A stretch of DNA of 64,000 bases from Marsupella aquatica (lineage: Eukaryota; Plantae; Marchantiophyta), in the NCBI GenBank assembly GCA_973895155.1, contig OZ316896.1, forward strand, positions 9,011,539-9,075,538, given 5' to 3'. Below, one piece after another: positions 24,008-37,451 of the stretch. Position numbers and translations under genes: made by a program. The notes under the pieces are model-generated. The model was not told the DNA's origin, searched no databases, and worked only from the letters and a program-made list of their open reading frames with translations. The stretch's first letter is position 1, and each line of letters opens with the position of its first letter.

Positions 24008-25798
24008 TGCAGGAAATTATGATATTGCAATTATGTTTTTCATATTCTCTTTGTTAGATGGATGCGATTGCAGACGGCTGCTGTAAGTAAGCACTGTATT
24101 GCTTGTGTATTGATTGTGTCCCCGCGATGGGTTGGAATGTGCTTGTTGGATGCGCTCCTCCAGGGAGTATGATTGCCTTGTCCATGAGCTCTCTCTTTCA
24201 TTTTTGTTTGTTGGGCTCCTCGGTCACAATCTTTGACGTTGGTGAATTTTACTGATGACAAACAATCTTCTTGTGCCCTTGCTTGTGTTTCCTGTTTGGA
24301 AAAGGATACATGAACTGCGTCTGTGTGTGTGCGTACTTCGTCTCCCTCTTGGTTATCGATGCTTTCCATTTGGTGTCTTGGAGGAGAGTAGTGTTCATAG
24401 ACTGCCTCATTACTATGTTGCATGTTTAAGAGGATTTGACGAGACTTAGAATTTATCTGAAAAGGGCTGCCTCCTGGTCTCATTATTGTGGGTGTTCCTG
24501 CTCGAGAAAATTTGTCCCGATCTGCTTTTCCTTGATGTTGATTTTAGAGCAGCAGGACTAGGTATTATCACACCTTTTTTTTCTGTCAAGGATTTGCGTC
24601 CATGATGGAGATGCAGGGTATGTTGCATGTTTGCGATAACTTGTAGAGTTACAGAATGCATCTGGGAATAAGTGCATATTGGTCTCATTATTTTGGGCGT
24701 TCCTGCCTGAGAAAATTTGTATGCCGACAAAGTCTGTACGCTGACAAAATCTGTATGCTACTGTTCTGCGTTGCTTGATGTCCTTGATTTCGAGCATTAG
24801 AACCACCTCTTCTTTCTGACAAGGAGTTCTGTCCATGGTCAACACGAAGAACAAATATTCTGTCCGAGTTCCAGATTTTAGATGTTGAGTGTTGAATGCC
24901 GCTAGAAATGCACTCGGGAATTTCCAGGTGAGATGAAATTAGTGCTGTTGCTATTTCACTGGGCCAAGGGCAGAAAGACGTGAACAAAGGTAACTCTTTC
25001 GATGAATTTAAACTCTTGTATTCTGTCGACAAGCAGACCTTTGGTGTACAAATGTGTGTCAATGGGAGAGGTTTCATAATGTTGGATAGGAATCCTATCA
25101 GATGTCCAGATCATCTATGGCAGTGTAGAGATTTTAGCAACAGGAATGTCTGCCTTCTCTTCTAAACAATTTCTCAAAAGCACATCAACAGACATGGAAA
25201 TCATCTGATAGCAATTCTCCTCATTACAACATTGGTCGAATTTAAATCTGCAACCTCTCGACCCTGATCCTTGAAGCTTCTGTCTCAGCTGTGATTTTCT
25301 ACGAACGCCCCTCGTCACAGCACCAAAATGCCGGCCAATGGCTGCCACTACTTGCAAATTGTTTTTAAGCTTCGCTATCCTTTGAAAGCCCTACTCCTCA
25401 ACCCCATAAGACGTGAAGTTTTGACAGAGAGACAGCAATTCTGACCTCAAGTCATCTTAAGTTGCCTATCGCTGAAACGAACGTTTTATAATGCTTAAAC
25501 TCTGTGACGGTTATGACAACAAGGCAGAGTTACATCCCAAGAGCCCTTCCCAAGATTCAAGATGACGCTCGGATCCCAGTTGAGACAGGGCATATCTGAC
25601 CAAAACCCTCAAACCACTTCAAATCTGTGGGCCATTTTTTCCGGATCCCAACCAGCCATAAGGCTTCTTCGTGACGCCATCCAGGCACATACGAACGCTT
25701 CTAGTCTCTCCAATTCTTCTCCAAACTTGTTAGAGTATATTAAGTACTATAACGTGCAAGTACTCCACAAGTCTTCATCGTATGAACCCTGACGTAAC

Positions 25799-27392
25799 TC
25801 AAGCACATATGTCCAGTCTCGGTTCGTAGGGACACCAGATGTGTTTTACTTGCGAGTCGTGATCAGGGAAGGGCACTCCAGGAAGCCAATTTCCCTTCTT
25901 GAAATTACCTTGGAAACGCATCTCGGATTCCGTCCTTGCAAGACATACAATAGATTTCTGCACAAAGCCGTTAACGAGACAATGCCTTTGTAAGACAGGT
26001 AAGGATCTATATGGCATTGCCACCCATTGCGCTGCAGGGCTGGCATGTTCTTCTTCGCCTTCCAGCGTCCACAATCCAACAGAAAAACTTTGGCCCCCAA
26101 GCATCAAACCCATCAATGCCATGCGACCTCCAACTCTGAAAAGATAGGCACAACCAAAGGGTGTGAACAGACGAGGAAAAGAAACCCTTCTGTGACTCCA
26201 ACCTCCCTGCTCCAGATTGTAGGCGTGCAGCCCATCCGGGCCCATCGTGCACCAGTACAGAACTCCATCCCTGATTACGCTGGTTGATGGAAGATTGCTT
26301 CGAACCGACAGGTTGTGTACGTGGTGCGTCCAAATTCCTGCCCAGAAAGATCAATTCAGATGCATCCCTAAACCTTTCCCTCGGAGAACTACGCCTTTAG
26401 ACCATTCCAATTGTATCGACAACATTAAACTGGAACAGGAAAGGGATTCTTTCTCAGCGTCTGAACCATTGCAGCTCATGGAAACCACATGACCAAAAAG
26501 TTGAGCTCCATGTTTACGCACAAAGGTGAGCCTTCAAACCCCAAAGCCACTAATGACAAGCAAATACTACTCTCGACCTGAGAAAGCAGCATATTACGAA
26601 ATCACGATATAAAACCCCACGACTCTCTGAGGTGACTAGAAATGAAAGAAGCCATGTTGTAATAACACCGTTCAATCCCTTCTATCATCCCACGAGTGTC
26701 AATCGTGAGAATGGCGGTGCTCGTGTGGCGAGACAAGGGAGGGAATTACCTTTGTCTGAATGATACACCTTCAACAATGTGGAAAGAGTATTGTTGAGGC
26801 TGGGATCACCAATCACGACGACTTTGTACGCGCCCTTAGCCTTGACCATCATGTTCACTAGCGGTGAATCGCCTCCCCTGCAAACCTCTCGAAGGTGGCA
26901 GTCCGGCAGTCCTCTCCAGCTCCTCGTCAAAGGATTGCATACCCATAAGCTAGAATTTTCCGGATCTAAAGCTCTTAGGCACAGAAGGCCGCCAGCTTCG
27001 GCCAGTGGCACGCTGGCCGCTTTCGGCAAGAAATCTAAGGGCAATTGGAACAATTTAGAGGATTCTAGGTAGAAAGAATTCACTCTCCTATTGTAAGCAT
27101 CGTGAGTGAGAATAAAGACGCTTTCGGTGGTAGGAGGAGTAATTTCCTTGTACAGTTTGTTAAACACCGGATTAGCGCAGAGTGAGTTCCATCGCTTGCA
27201 CACACAACGGAACCGGAAGAGGGCCGAAGGAGGAAGAAATGCTCGAATCAGTTCAACGAGCTCGTCAGAGAGACCCCTCCAAATTTCACTGTCGAAAGAA
27301 TTATCAATGAAGTGCGTTTGGCTGGGATCATCAACTGCTTCTGCTTCTAAGAAGCTCATATCCTTAAACTGTGGTCGCATCTCCATATCCAT
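25799..27392 (-). CDS. F-box protein with a kelch/FBA-like beta-propeller C-terminus; exons 27392-26750 and 26337-25799 (~393 aa)
   Basis: F-box IWRGLSDELVELIRAFLPPSALFRFRCVCKRWNSL; LAEAGGLLC, LWVCNPLTRSWRGLP and GVLYWCT. Phase-1 junction AAAG|gtaatt ... gggcag|GA gives HSDKGIWTHH. Confidence 0.88.
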
Positions 27393-30122
27393 TGTATAGC
27401 AATACGGGAAAACTTGCGAGACGATCTGTCATTCTGCCCCTGTCTCTATCTTTATCAAACCCCAATCTATAACACCTTTCATTGCACACACATCTCGCAA
27501 ATTGGTTATGAAGCCACTACCAGAGAGTCACTGGGAAAGGAAATAAACCAGGACGTAGGCTCTACTCTAGCAGTGCAAATTGGTGATCAAAACAATCCCA
27601 AGAGGGAATTCAACAGTTCCTACGGTTCATTGAATGAGGAATCAATCTGCAGATTCACATTAGTCTATAATCCCTAGCATCAGGTCTCGCAAATTAGTGA
27701 TGACAATCACATCAGAAAGCTCAACCGCTCTAATTGCGGTGTGACCAACAAGGTAAAAGTTCTACAAATTGACATCCCTGAGTGTCTCTCTACTCTAGCC
27801 TTGCAGATTGGCGATGAGAAAGACATTAAAGCTGGAAAGAGACTGTCACCGTTCTTACTGTTCTTGAGCGACAAAGAGGAACGGTATCTTTGAACTGACC
27901 TTACCTAATCTTTCCGTAGTCTCGTGGGCTGTTAGCAGTCAGGCCATAGTCTGTTCCCTTCCCATGAAATTGCATTGTTCGTTCTATCTAAAATCCAGCA
28001 CGAATTGGGGAGCAATGCCTTGCCAATCTCCCCGATGTATCCTTCCCGGTGAAAGAAACTCGCGCACTAGCATCCTGTGAAGACTAGAGAAGGGAACTCA
28101 CATCAGCAATGGAGGGGAACTTCATGTTCAACAGGTGAACGAAACCTCGCCGAGTCCCGTCCCATCCCAAGCTCTGCTGCACGGATGCCAGTCTAACACC
28201 CGTAAACAACCGTACTATTTAGTTGTACGGTGCTCAAGATTTCAGTGCGCCTCAGAAAATCTTCCCTGAACTCCAAAATCATCAAGCCAAACCAAACTTC
28301 TCGGCTACGTCTTTAGCCTTCCTCGTCCACAAGCAATACTTTCAATGTTGGGCTCAATGGCAGTACAATAGCGTCTCCATGCCGCACATCTTGCTCATAA
28401 TCACCCTCAATTACAGGCAATCATAAATTGAAGGCTGCTCTCCTCGCTAAACTACCGCGGCTGTAGGTAGCACCAAGGGAGACTGGATACTGCTCATGCT
28501 TACAACTCAAGTATTGTACAGTTCCACTGTATCAGATTCTATTCACACCATTCTTCTCTGTTTAGAAGATCTTGCGTGTTTGCATCCCTTGGCTTTTGCA
28601 TTTGGGTCTCCATCTTCTTTCGCTCCCAAGCGGTTCTTCACACGTCTGATTGCCACCGAGAGAGAATAGAGCAGGCAGAGTCGCCAGGCCCAGGGCTTGT
28701 GGTAGCCTCCGATTTAGATTGATCGAACCTTCTTTCTTTGGATTGATTGGTGTCGTTGGTGATACGGGTGCCCCACAGTATGCGTTGGCATTGTACAGTT
28801 ATGTACAATCACTTGTATAGACTAACCTCGTACGTTCTAGTTTTGGACTGTCGTGAGCCCGGTTCTCCAAAGTCTGTACTACACTTCTCGAGTCAGATAG
28901 TTAGCTGTACCAGTCTGCACCAGTCTGGGGCAGGAGGGCACGACATCGGTGTGGAATTCTTTAATTATTTTTTCTTCCTTTGTTTGGACCTGGTGACGAC
29001 ACGCATACAAGAATTTAATTTTCAGCAATCAGGAGCTCGTGTGCATGTGCAACGTCAGGTGCAGGTTGTGGTCAGTAATTTACGAGCAGAAGAGTGTTGT
29101 GCGACTCAATCAAGTTTTCGGCTCTCCACACCGCCTTTCGACATTCGACGGCCTGCCCCGTGGAAAGTCGGCCACAGACCACAGTCGGTGTACTTAATTA
29201 ACGAGAATCCTTCTCTCTTGTAGGCTGTGCCCATCTGGATCAAGTTTTGGGTTATCCTCGAGGCTCACCTCGTCTTTCCTGTGATTGTTGTCCGAAGGCA
29301 AGTAGTTTGAATTTCGACGCTCTTCAGCTTCATCGTCTGAAATATCGAGGAACTTAAGAGTAAGCACGAGTTTCCTGTCCTTCCTACGAGCGTTCCTGTG
29401 ATTATTTTCCATGTGTGAAAATGTCTCCCAGTTGGGATCTTGATACTGAGTCGTTCTAAGACGGCAAAACCTTGGAATATTGTCAACGTTCAGTGTTGCC
29501 ACAATTTCAATCCTGATCTTCCCTTGCTGCTGGTCACTCGAGATGGATTAGGTTTTTCCTTCCTGGGCTCACAAGGGACTGGCTATGTAGCATAAGATAA
29601 ACCTTAAGAAATCCGTAGAAAGTGAACAGGATGTGGTCCGCTCTCAGCACCGTACCAATCAGGAGTCTCTTGGAAGGAAAGCGCCAAGCAGACTTTGACA
29701 GTACGTAACACTTGGCCAAGAAGGTGCATCAATCATGCCATACAAATTGAAAATTGTTACTAGCTAAACGGGTAGAGATGGTCCTAAGGATCCCAAACCT
29801 CAGCCTGCAGCAATTAGTGAAATAGAGCTACATTGCAGAGGAAAGGAAGGCTTCTCATCCTCTTTCTCCTGAAAATTAATAAATTGGATGTCATTGCACA
29901 TCATCCTATAACTTGGATCTGAATTTGAACAACGGAGTGAGCTTGGGATAGTGCTGTCGTTTTCTTCTCAGTGGAGTGATGACACCCTTTATCTGAGAAC
30001 TATGAAATGAATTTCTATTGTAATGACTAGTAATACGTTGGAAAGGTGAAAATGCTCCCCAACTATACGACACTTTACCCAACATCGATCAGCGGACGCC
30101 CTTCGATTTGGACGGCGTGACC

Positions 30123-30471
30123 GATCCTTTGCCATGTCAAGGAAACGACTATTGACTGTGACTGATCAGACGTATTTCTAAGACTGCCAGATCCTCTGCC
30201 ATATCAAGGAAACGACTACGAACTGTAATTGGTCAGAGGTATTTCTAAGTGCCAGATCCTCTGCCATATCAAAGAAACGACTACGGACTGTGATTGATCA
30301 GAGGTATTTCTAAGTGCCAGATCCTCTGCCATATCAAGGAAACGACTATGGACTGTGATTGATCAGAGGTATTTCTGAGGCTCTCAGATACTCTGCCGTC
30401 TCAAGGAAACAACTACGTACTGTGACTGACCAGAGGTATTTCTAAGGCTCACAGATCCTGTGCCATTTCAA
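30123..30471. repeat. Tandem repeat, ~5.3 copies of a 65-67 bp unit
   Basis: Unit gatcctctgccatatcaaggaaacgactacggactgtgattgatcagaggtatttctaagtgcca starts at 30123, 30190, 30255, 30320, 30387 and 30454. Confidence 0.92.
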
Positions 30472-33141
30472 ACATTTAGGGTACTGATGAATCCCTGGAC
30501 CTTAGAAGCTACAATTTGTCAAGTTCTGTACAAAACCCGTTGCAAATTACCTTTAGACTTGCTAATTTACTTTCTCCATCTAGTTATCCACTGTGTCACT
30601 AATCGAATATCGTCACCTCACGAGATCTGGAGAGCTATCTATGTCATTCCGGTTCCTGGAAAGAGCTTTTTTGGTTAATTCTCTAGATTTATGGCCCATG
30701 GCTGGTCGTGACAATTTGAGACTTGAGGAGTCGCTTTCCATGTTCAAGATGTAGTTTGGAACGAACTGGAGCACAGCATGCACTTAGATGTTCCAAAGGC
30801 CAAGAAAAATACAAAACCAGTACAAGATGTTTTTCTTCCTAGGATTGAAGTCAGAGTCATCTGAGACGACCACATCCATTGAAATATCAGTGGCACTAGA
30901 ATTCCATACACTACTTGCCACCACAGATGTCGAAGTTTCTCCACAAAAACGTCCAGCCAGTACTGGTGTGGTTGAATTGGAGAGACAGGAGCTCAAATAA
31001 ACTTTTTCAATGGAGTTGAGCTCCCACTTCCTCATATTCAATGAGCGTTAATTGCAACAAAGAAATTACGCCCCTGTAGCAGTCCTCATCGCTGACAGAT
31101 TCGCGAGTGATAAGTAACTAGAATACCTAGAACTTCGGCGGCATTTTCAGGTCTGAATCTAAACCAGATTTTCCTTCACAGACAAACAATAATCCAAAAA
31201 CTGAGACACCTCTGACAAAAATGTTCAGATTTTTAGTCTTTAAAAGAGCATTTTGCTTCTCTTCAGAAGCTACCAATACAATACACTCCGAAGGCTAAGC
31301 ACCTCTCATTAAGTGCTCATATTTTGAGCACGTTGTACCAAGGCTATGGGTTATAACTGATGGGCTTCATTCGAAATTTTCCAGTCTCACGGGGTTACAA
31401 GCCATTTTGTTGAGGATTTTCGTGGAGTTGCCATGTAGGACTGAGAATGTTAGCTTCATCCTGAGGATGGGCCTGTCTGAATTCTGTCTTGTCTCTCTCA
31501 CTGGGAACAGAATCTTATTGCTCGGTTGAGTATGGAATTGATACGAGAGGATCATGAGCACGCAAAAGAAGGATAGGACTTGCCCATGAGATTCTCCTTG
31601 GACGTCCAGAATGCTGCCCAAATTGTGGTGCTGGTGACTTGCTTTGATTTTATAGAGCTTTTTGATTGAGCCAGACTTGTCCACTGCTTTGATCAGGAAC
31701 ATTTTCAAAATTCAGAGAAAGAAAATTGCAAATTTTAAATCTCAAGGAAATTCTACAAATTTTTAAGTCTTCCTTTTAATTGCAAGAATATGCATAACCA
31801 AGGAGAGAATTTCAAATTTAAGGAACAGGGTGGCCACCATGAATTAAAATAAATGGAGAGAGTATTCCTCTGTCTTCAAGACAGCTAATCATTCTTAGTG
31901 CTTTACACCAAGCCTGTTCATATAAAAATCTCATTTCCTGCCTTGTTATTGCTCATTCCTGTGATGAATAGTGCACTCACCATAAAAGATGGAGCCGAAG
32001 CCCATTGCTAGTGAAACTGAATGTGCACACTTTATAACAAGAGCTAAGGTTAACACATAGCTCCTATAGGGCAAGTTTGTGCTTTGATTGCATACCATAG
32101 TTAGCAAGAAATTAAACTTTGATACAAAGGTGACAGCCAGTTGGCAATGATTCCCAAGGATCTAAGTTCCCCACAAAGTTGATTAGAGACAGAAGGGAAA
32201 GCACACTAGAGTCAATGCATCCCTTCATTGTGTATTACGGTAACAAGGAATGCCATATGCACAATGGCAGGAATAGTACTAGTGCATCCACAGCAGGGCT
32301 AACTTTTGGGCTTTACCTGATGGATTGTGGATTGAGACTTATTACCTATTTTCTAAATAAAACTTTCCCATTGATGGTTGCATTGGACTGGATGTGTAAT
32401 TATTTATATCGCACTGCCACTTAGCAAAAAGCACCAAACGTGGCAGGATTCCAAAAGCAAGAGACCCAATAGAGTGGAGAAAACAAGGAAAAACCACCCC
32501 CAAAAAACCAAACTGCCTTCTCTAGAAAAGCAAGAACACACTACCAAGCCACAAACTGAAACACCTGCTTCTAGCTGCATAACAAGAGGGAAAGAAAAGT
32601 GTATTCTTAGGTGGGCCCTATAGAGATTATGCACCTAGCCATCCAGCCAAAACCAATTCTAATGGGCCTCGTCCAAATTTATCATGTGAATCTTGGTGAA
32701 ACCCCAAACAGTGAATTTCAATTTTTAAATCTTGAATGGAGGGGACTCCATCTTTAGGGGTCACACACTTTATGTGTATCTCAACTTATTATGCAACTAT
32801 CGTGTCCGGTTCAAATGCTGTTATGGCCAGAGTGCCTACCTGTAGGCGATGATAGATTGATAGATGCAATATAAAATTTGGAGCCCCAAGCCAGTGCGTG
32901 CCTTTTGGTTTCCCTTAAATACATTTTTATGTGGATTCGAGTACCAACCTCAATTACTACAGGGTGTGTACAGCCCACAGTCAGTCTAGACAGTAGCCTA
33001 GGGAATAAATTTTGATTTCCATCTACTAGTTAGATAAAATTATGTACATTTCTCGTTAATCAGAATAAAATGAACTATTTCCCTTATGGAGTTTCTCTGG
33101 AACCGTCAACATGAATAGAATGAAGAGTCCACCGCACACGC

Positions 33142-33160
33142 CCCCCCCCCCCCCCCCCCC
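33142..33160. repeat. Poly(C)/poly(G) tract
   Basis: About 19 consecutive C. Confidence 0.9.
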
Positions 33161-34716
33161 AAGAAACAAAAGCATCTTATTAATTGTGCATCAAAATATG
33201 ACAATAGACAACATCACTCCAAACCTTGATAAATAGAATTATTCTCTTTTAGGTAATGAGTGTACACAATCTATTGACTTATTTTTATGAAAAACAACCT
33301 TAGGTCCTTCCAATTGCCACTGTCCACCTACTATGACAGGACCCTATAGAGCATGTCAAAGTTCACCCATAACACTTTGTTACAGTTTTATTTTTTGGAT
33401 ATACCATCCTTATGGGGTACATATTTTGGTAATCCATAACAATTCCTGGTGTTGTATGTCCTGAGCCATAAGCGCGTAACTCCGTAAGTGCATTGTATGT
33501 CCTGAACAGTAACAACAGATACAAGTGTGCTATGCCCTTATGACTATGGACGGACCCTATGGCTATAGCTGTTTGGTTTTCAAAAAACAAGTCAATACAG
33601 TGTTCATTCATGATTTAAACAGACGTTAAAAGATACCTTTTCCAAATTTTATTAAGAACATTATTAACTAATTTTAGATACCCTAGATTTTACTCTCATA
33701 ACAGTGGCGATTTAAAGACGCGAGTTTTAGACAAACCAGTGATATGCTCCCGAAATCCTTAGCGGTTCCAATTATGCAATTATAATTCTGTTTTGCTGTA
33801 ATGATGATCACCACCGAAAGAATCGCGCGGATTCGTCGGTCACAATCATCAGTCGAGGATGCAACTTTCACTGGCAGCCCAGGAATTGAGGCGATGGTCT
33901 AATACTCTAATGAACAAGAAAATTATGCGATCGATAACATTCGTCTCATGCAGTCCCGATGAGTACGTGGTTACAAAGCATACGGACGTCCTCACTGTGC
34001 TTTTCAAGCGAAGCTTCATGTGTGATGATTTGCTTGGGCGCAAAAAGTTACAGCAAGCGCATGTTTGAGACTCGTCGATAGCATTGCTGTGCCTGCCGTG
34101 GCTGAGTACGAGCCCTCTTTGGAGCTAATCCTACTCCTCTACAGTAGGTGCGGAATTGAAACTCTCTCTCAGCTGCTGTTGCTGATGAATCTGAAAGCGT
34201 CGAAGGATTTGGAAAGTGGTACGAGGAATGCGAACTCCATCTTGAGAGGCACTAACTGTATGCAACACACTTGTCGAGGCCGAAGCTTCTCCTCATCAGT
34301 CTGGGTTCAGTCTAGCTTGCAATTCAGGTGACGCATACATTGGATCATTCTCTCGAGCAGAGGAGAGGTTTGGCGACTAGTCGGACAAGATTCCAGGGAA
34401 GGTCGAGTTTGTTGTGCTCAACAGGTCTCGTGTGTTTGGGAGGAATTGGTGTCGATATATCGGGGTCCAGCTTTATCTGCGGGTTTTGAATTCCCGAACG
34501 CAGTGGAGTGATCGAGTAGGGCAGAGGGATTGAAGCATTGCGGAGGTCGAATGGAGTGTTAAAAGGTAGGCGTGGGGATTGTTCGAGGTTTACGAGGACG
34601 CCAGGGACGAAGATGAGGGAATGATGTTGCTATCGCATTCGCCCTCCACCTGCTTTTGAAAGGGAAGAGTCAGTTTTGTGGTTGGGGATTAAAGGGGTTA
34701 TGATTGCAGCGCGACG

Positions 34717-37451
34717 ATGAGTGAACTGTGGAACGACGACTCCACGGACGATGGAGCTCTCACGGCTCACTTCGTGCCCGATGCTTGGAAGGCTTCGTGG
34801 GATTTCACCCAAATTCTGCCGGTGCCATCGCAAGCCTCAAAACGAGCAGCCGAGAAATTGGTCCGAGCAGAACGAGTCCAACAAGGCATCGGATGGCTGC
34901 TGCTCGCTCAACTCATCGTCACCTTGGGATTCATGCGAGTCATGTCCCGGACTGTTTTCTGGATTACGTGGGCGATCTTCATGCTAGAGGTGGCAGTGAA
35001 GCTCGCCCGCAGGTGGGGTCTAGCCTGTTGCTTCCAAGACGTGCCATGCGCTTACGTTCCTCTCCACCAAGGAGCGGCAAAACACTTCATCCAATTATTT
35101 TGGCAGGGGCTCGGCGCCGTCACTGCGACGCAATTAGGATTGGCTGTGGCGTACCTCTATGCCATAACTTACGAGTGGGTTCGGTGGAGTGATGGTAAGC
35201 CACCCTACAACGAACCAAATTCTCCATACAGCACTAAGCTGATGCTGGAGATGATCACTGGAGCAGGATTCCTCCTGCTTTTGTGCTGTGCCTGCAATTT
35301 GTTTGTGCTACGCAAATATGACATTGCCATGAAGCTCGGTAGGAGCTCAAGCAAGCAGGGCAAGCCCCGGAGTGGTGAGCTGGATCGTTCTCTGTGTTTG
35401 ACATGGTGGGTGCACATCGCCAGACATCGCCATCTAACTGCAGCCGAGGCCAGGTCTCAGCCTGGGATTTGTGGGCTGCCTGGACAATGGTACGAGTCTG
35501 TGGCTCAGCTGAAGAAGATCTTGGAGCAGAGTACGGTCGTTGGCCATGGCGATGATGTGCAGCTTGTGTGGTTGTCGCAGGAGATGGCGATGCGCGCCTT
35601 GCTCAGCGTCGCAATCCAAGGGCAGTCGGAGTCGTGCCGCCTTCTGTTACAGGACGATGGATTCAGGTTGCTCCTCTTGGTGCTGTCGGAGGGCAAGCCC
35701 GAGAGTAGCCGGGGTCTGGCAGCTGCTGCAATCGCGGAGCTCGCTGATCATGAATGCATCGAGAGCTTGGGAGTGAAGCTCGCCGCAGCAGTGTTTCCCC
35801 TCAAGAGTCTGGCGAGGTCGCATGTCGTGGAGTTGAAGGAGATGGCGTTGGGCGCTCTTCTTAACCTTTCGCTGAACAACGAGCAGCGCAGCCACGTCGT
35901 TGCGGAAATACTGTCTTCCGGTGACGATGAATACCTTTCCTCGCATGGAGGCAATGTGATGGACATGGTGGTAGCTAACGATTCTCCGAATACATTCGTG
36001 GATAATCTCCTCCATTGCGTTCGACGAGGACCGACGACCACCTGTCAAGTGCTGGCTGCAAGCCTACTTGTTCGATTGGCTCCCAACCAGCGAGTTAGAG
36101 ACTCAATTCTGCGGGACTTCCCACTGAGAGCTCGACATGGCAGTAACCTGAGCAGTAACCTGGAGCTATTCGTGAGAATACTACGGATGGGGCTCACGGA
36201 TGATGTTCAGGCTAGCATCGCAGGATTGCTGTGGGAGCTAGCGTACTGGGACGCGAAAGCAATAGGGGATGATCCTCAAGGGGACAGCTGCATCGAAGCC
36301 CTTGTTGCGGCCTTGTGGGGTGACACTCAGGTTGCTGCTGCTGCAGCGGGAGCGCTTGCCAGCTTGGCGTTTAACAGCACCGAGAGGAAGCGGAGGATTG
36401 TCGAGATGGAGGGGAGCTTGGAAGGGCTCACGAGGCTACTGAGGGATCACGCGAGTTCCAAGATGAGGCATGCGGAAAACCAAGACTCATTGGCCAAGGT
36501 ATAATTCTACTGAAGCCTTGCGCAGCCGTAGCGTTGAATGCGGAGTGGCTCACACTTCCACTCATTGGGAATGGTGTTTCGGTGGAATGTAGCGTGTGTA
36601 CAGGAGCTTGTTTCTTTATCTAACAACTTTAAGTTCTGGTTACTTGAGTTTTCTCTCTCATACATATCTGGCTTTGGGTCACATGGAGTAACAGCGATTC
36701 ACCTGTTAGTTCGAGATGCGCTCTAATCTAGACAGCCTTCGACTGCTGGACGTCTGCAATCTCGGATGGATTTTGCAGGTTCTCGTAGTAGTGAGATCCA
36801 TTTGTGCGAAAGGATAGTGTCTTCGTTATATGATTTGAATCACGAGATTTGGCAGATTGTTCACTTTGCAGAGAGATTCCATCGTAAACTTACGAATGGG
36901 TTCTAATTATTTCCGTAAACGATGGCCGTTTTGATGTGTCATAGGTGGAAGCCCAAGGGCAAGCGCAGGCAGCGAGGGCATTGCGGATTCTGGCGGCTAG
37001 TAATGAGGAGAATCAGACTCTGATCGTCCATGCCGGGGCAATTGCTGAGATAGTGAAGTTACTGCAGAAGGGCAATTCTTATCTGCACATGCAGGCAGCT
37101 GCGACTCTTGATGCCATTTCTCATAGGAACAGGCGAATCCAAGACTTCATAGGGACGAACTACCCCGAAGTCTTCCCACGTTTGACTCGACTGTTGGATC
37201 CAGTTCGGTTCGACATTCTCGATGTGTTGGTTGAGAAGCATGAGCAGCATCATATTTTGGAAATGGTTCTCGAAAAGGTTGCCTTGGCCTTGAGAAGCAT
37301 TGCAGAAGGGCACAGGGGAAACCGGGAGAGATTCCTGGAGGCTGGAGCCAAAGAACGACTGCAGTCCATTCTGATACGTCACAGGGAAAGGGAAACTCGA
37401 GGCAACAAGCTCTGCAACATAATGGAGAAAGCTTTGGGCACTTTATTATAA
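34717..37451 (+). CDS. Multi-pass transmembrane + ARM-repeat protein, paralog A; exons 34717-36498 and 36945-37451 (~762 aa)
   Basis: About four hydrophobic N-terminal segments; ARM-like helices (EMALGALLNLS, AAAAAGALASLA, AQAARALRILA, GAIAEIVKLL). Phase-0 intron AAG|gtataa...catag|GTG. Confidence 0.85.

Noticed and set aside
26340-26580. Apparent premature stop in the F-box gene using the acceptor at 26578
   Set aside because: The acceptor at 26338 gives an intact frame, so the gene is not a pseudogene.
28300-29520. Coding-like minus-strand fragments, including the 102-aa ORF 29194-29502
   Set aside because: Multiple stops and no recognisable motif or consistent splice model; cannot support a call.
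30123-30471. Possible CRISPR-like array
   Set aside because: The whole unit repeats with no unique spacers, there are no cas genes, and the context is eukaryotic.
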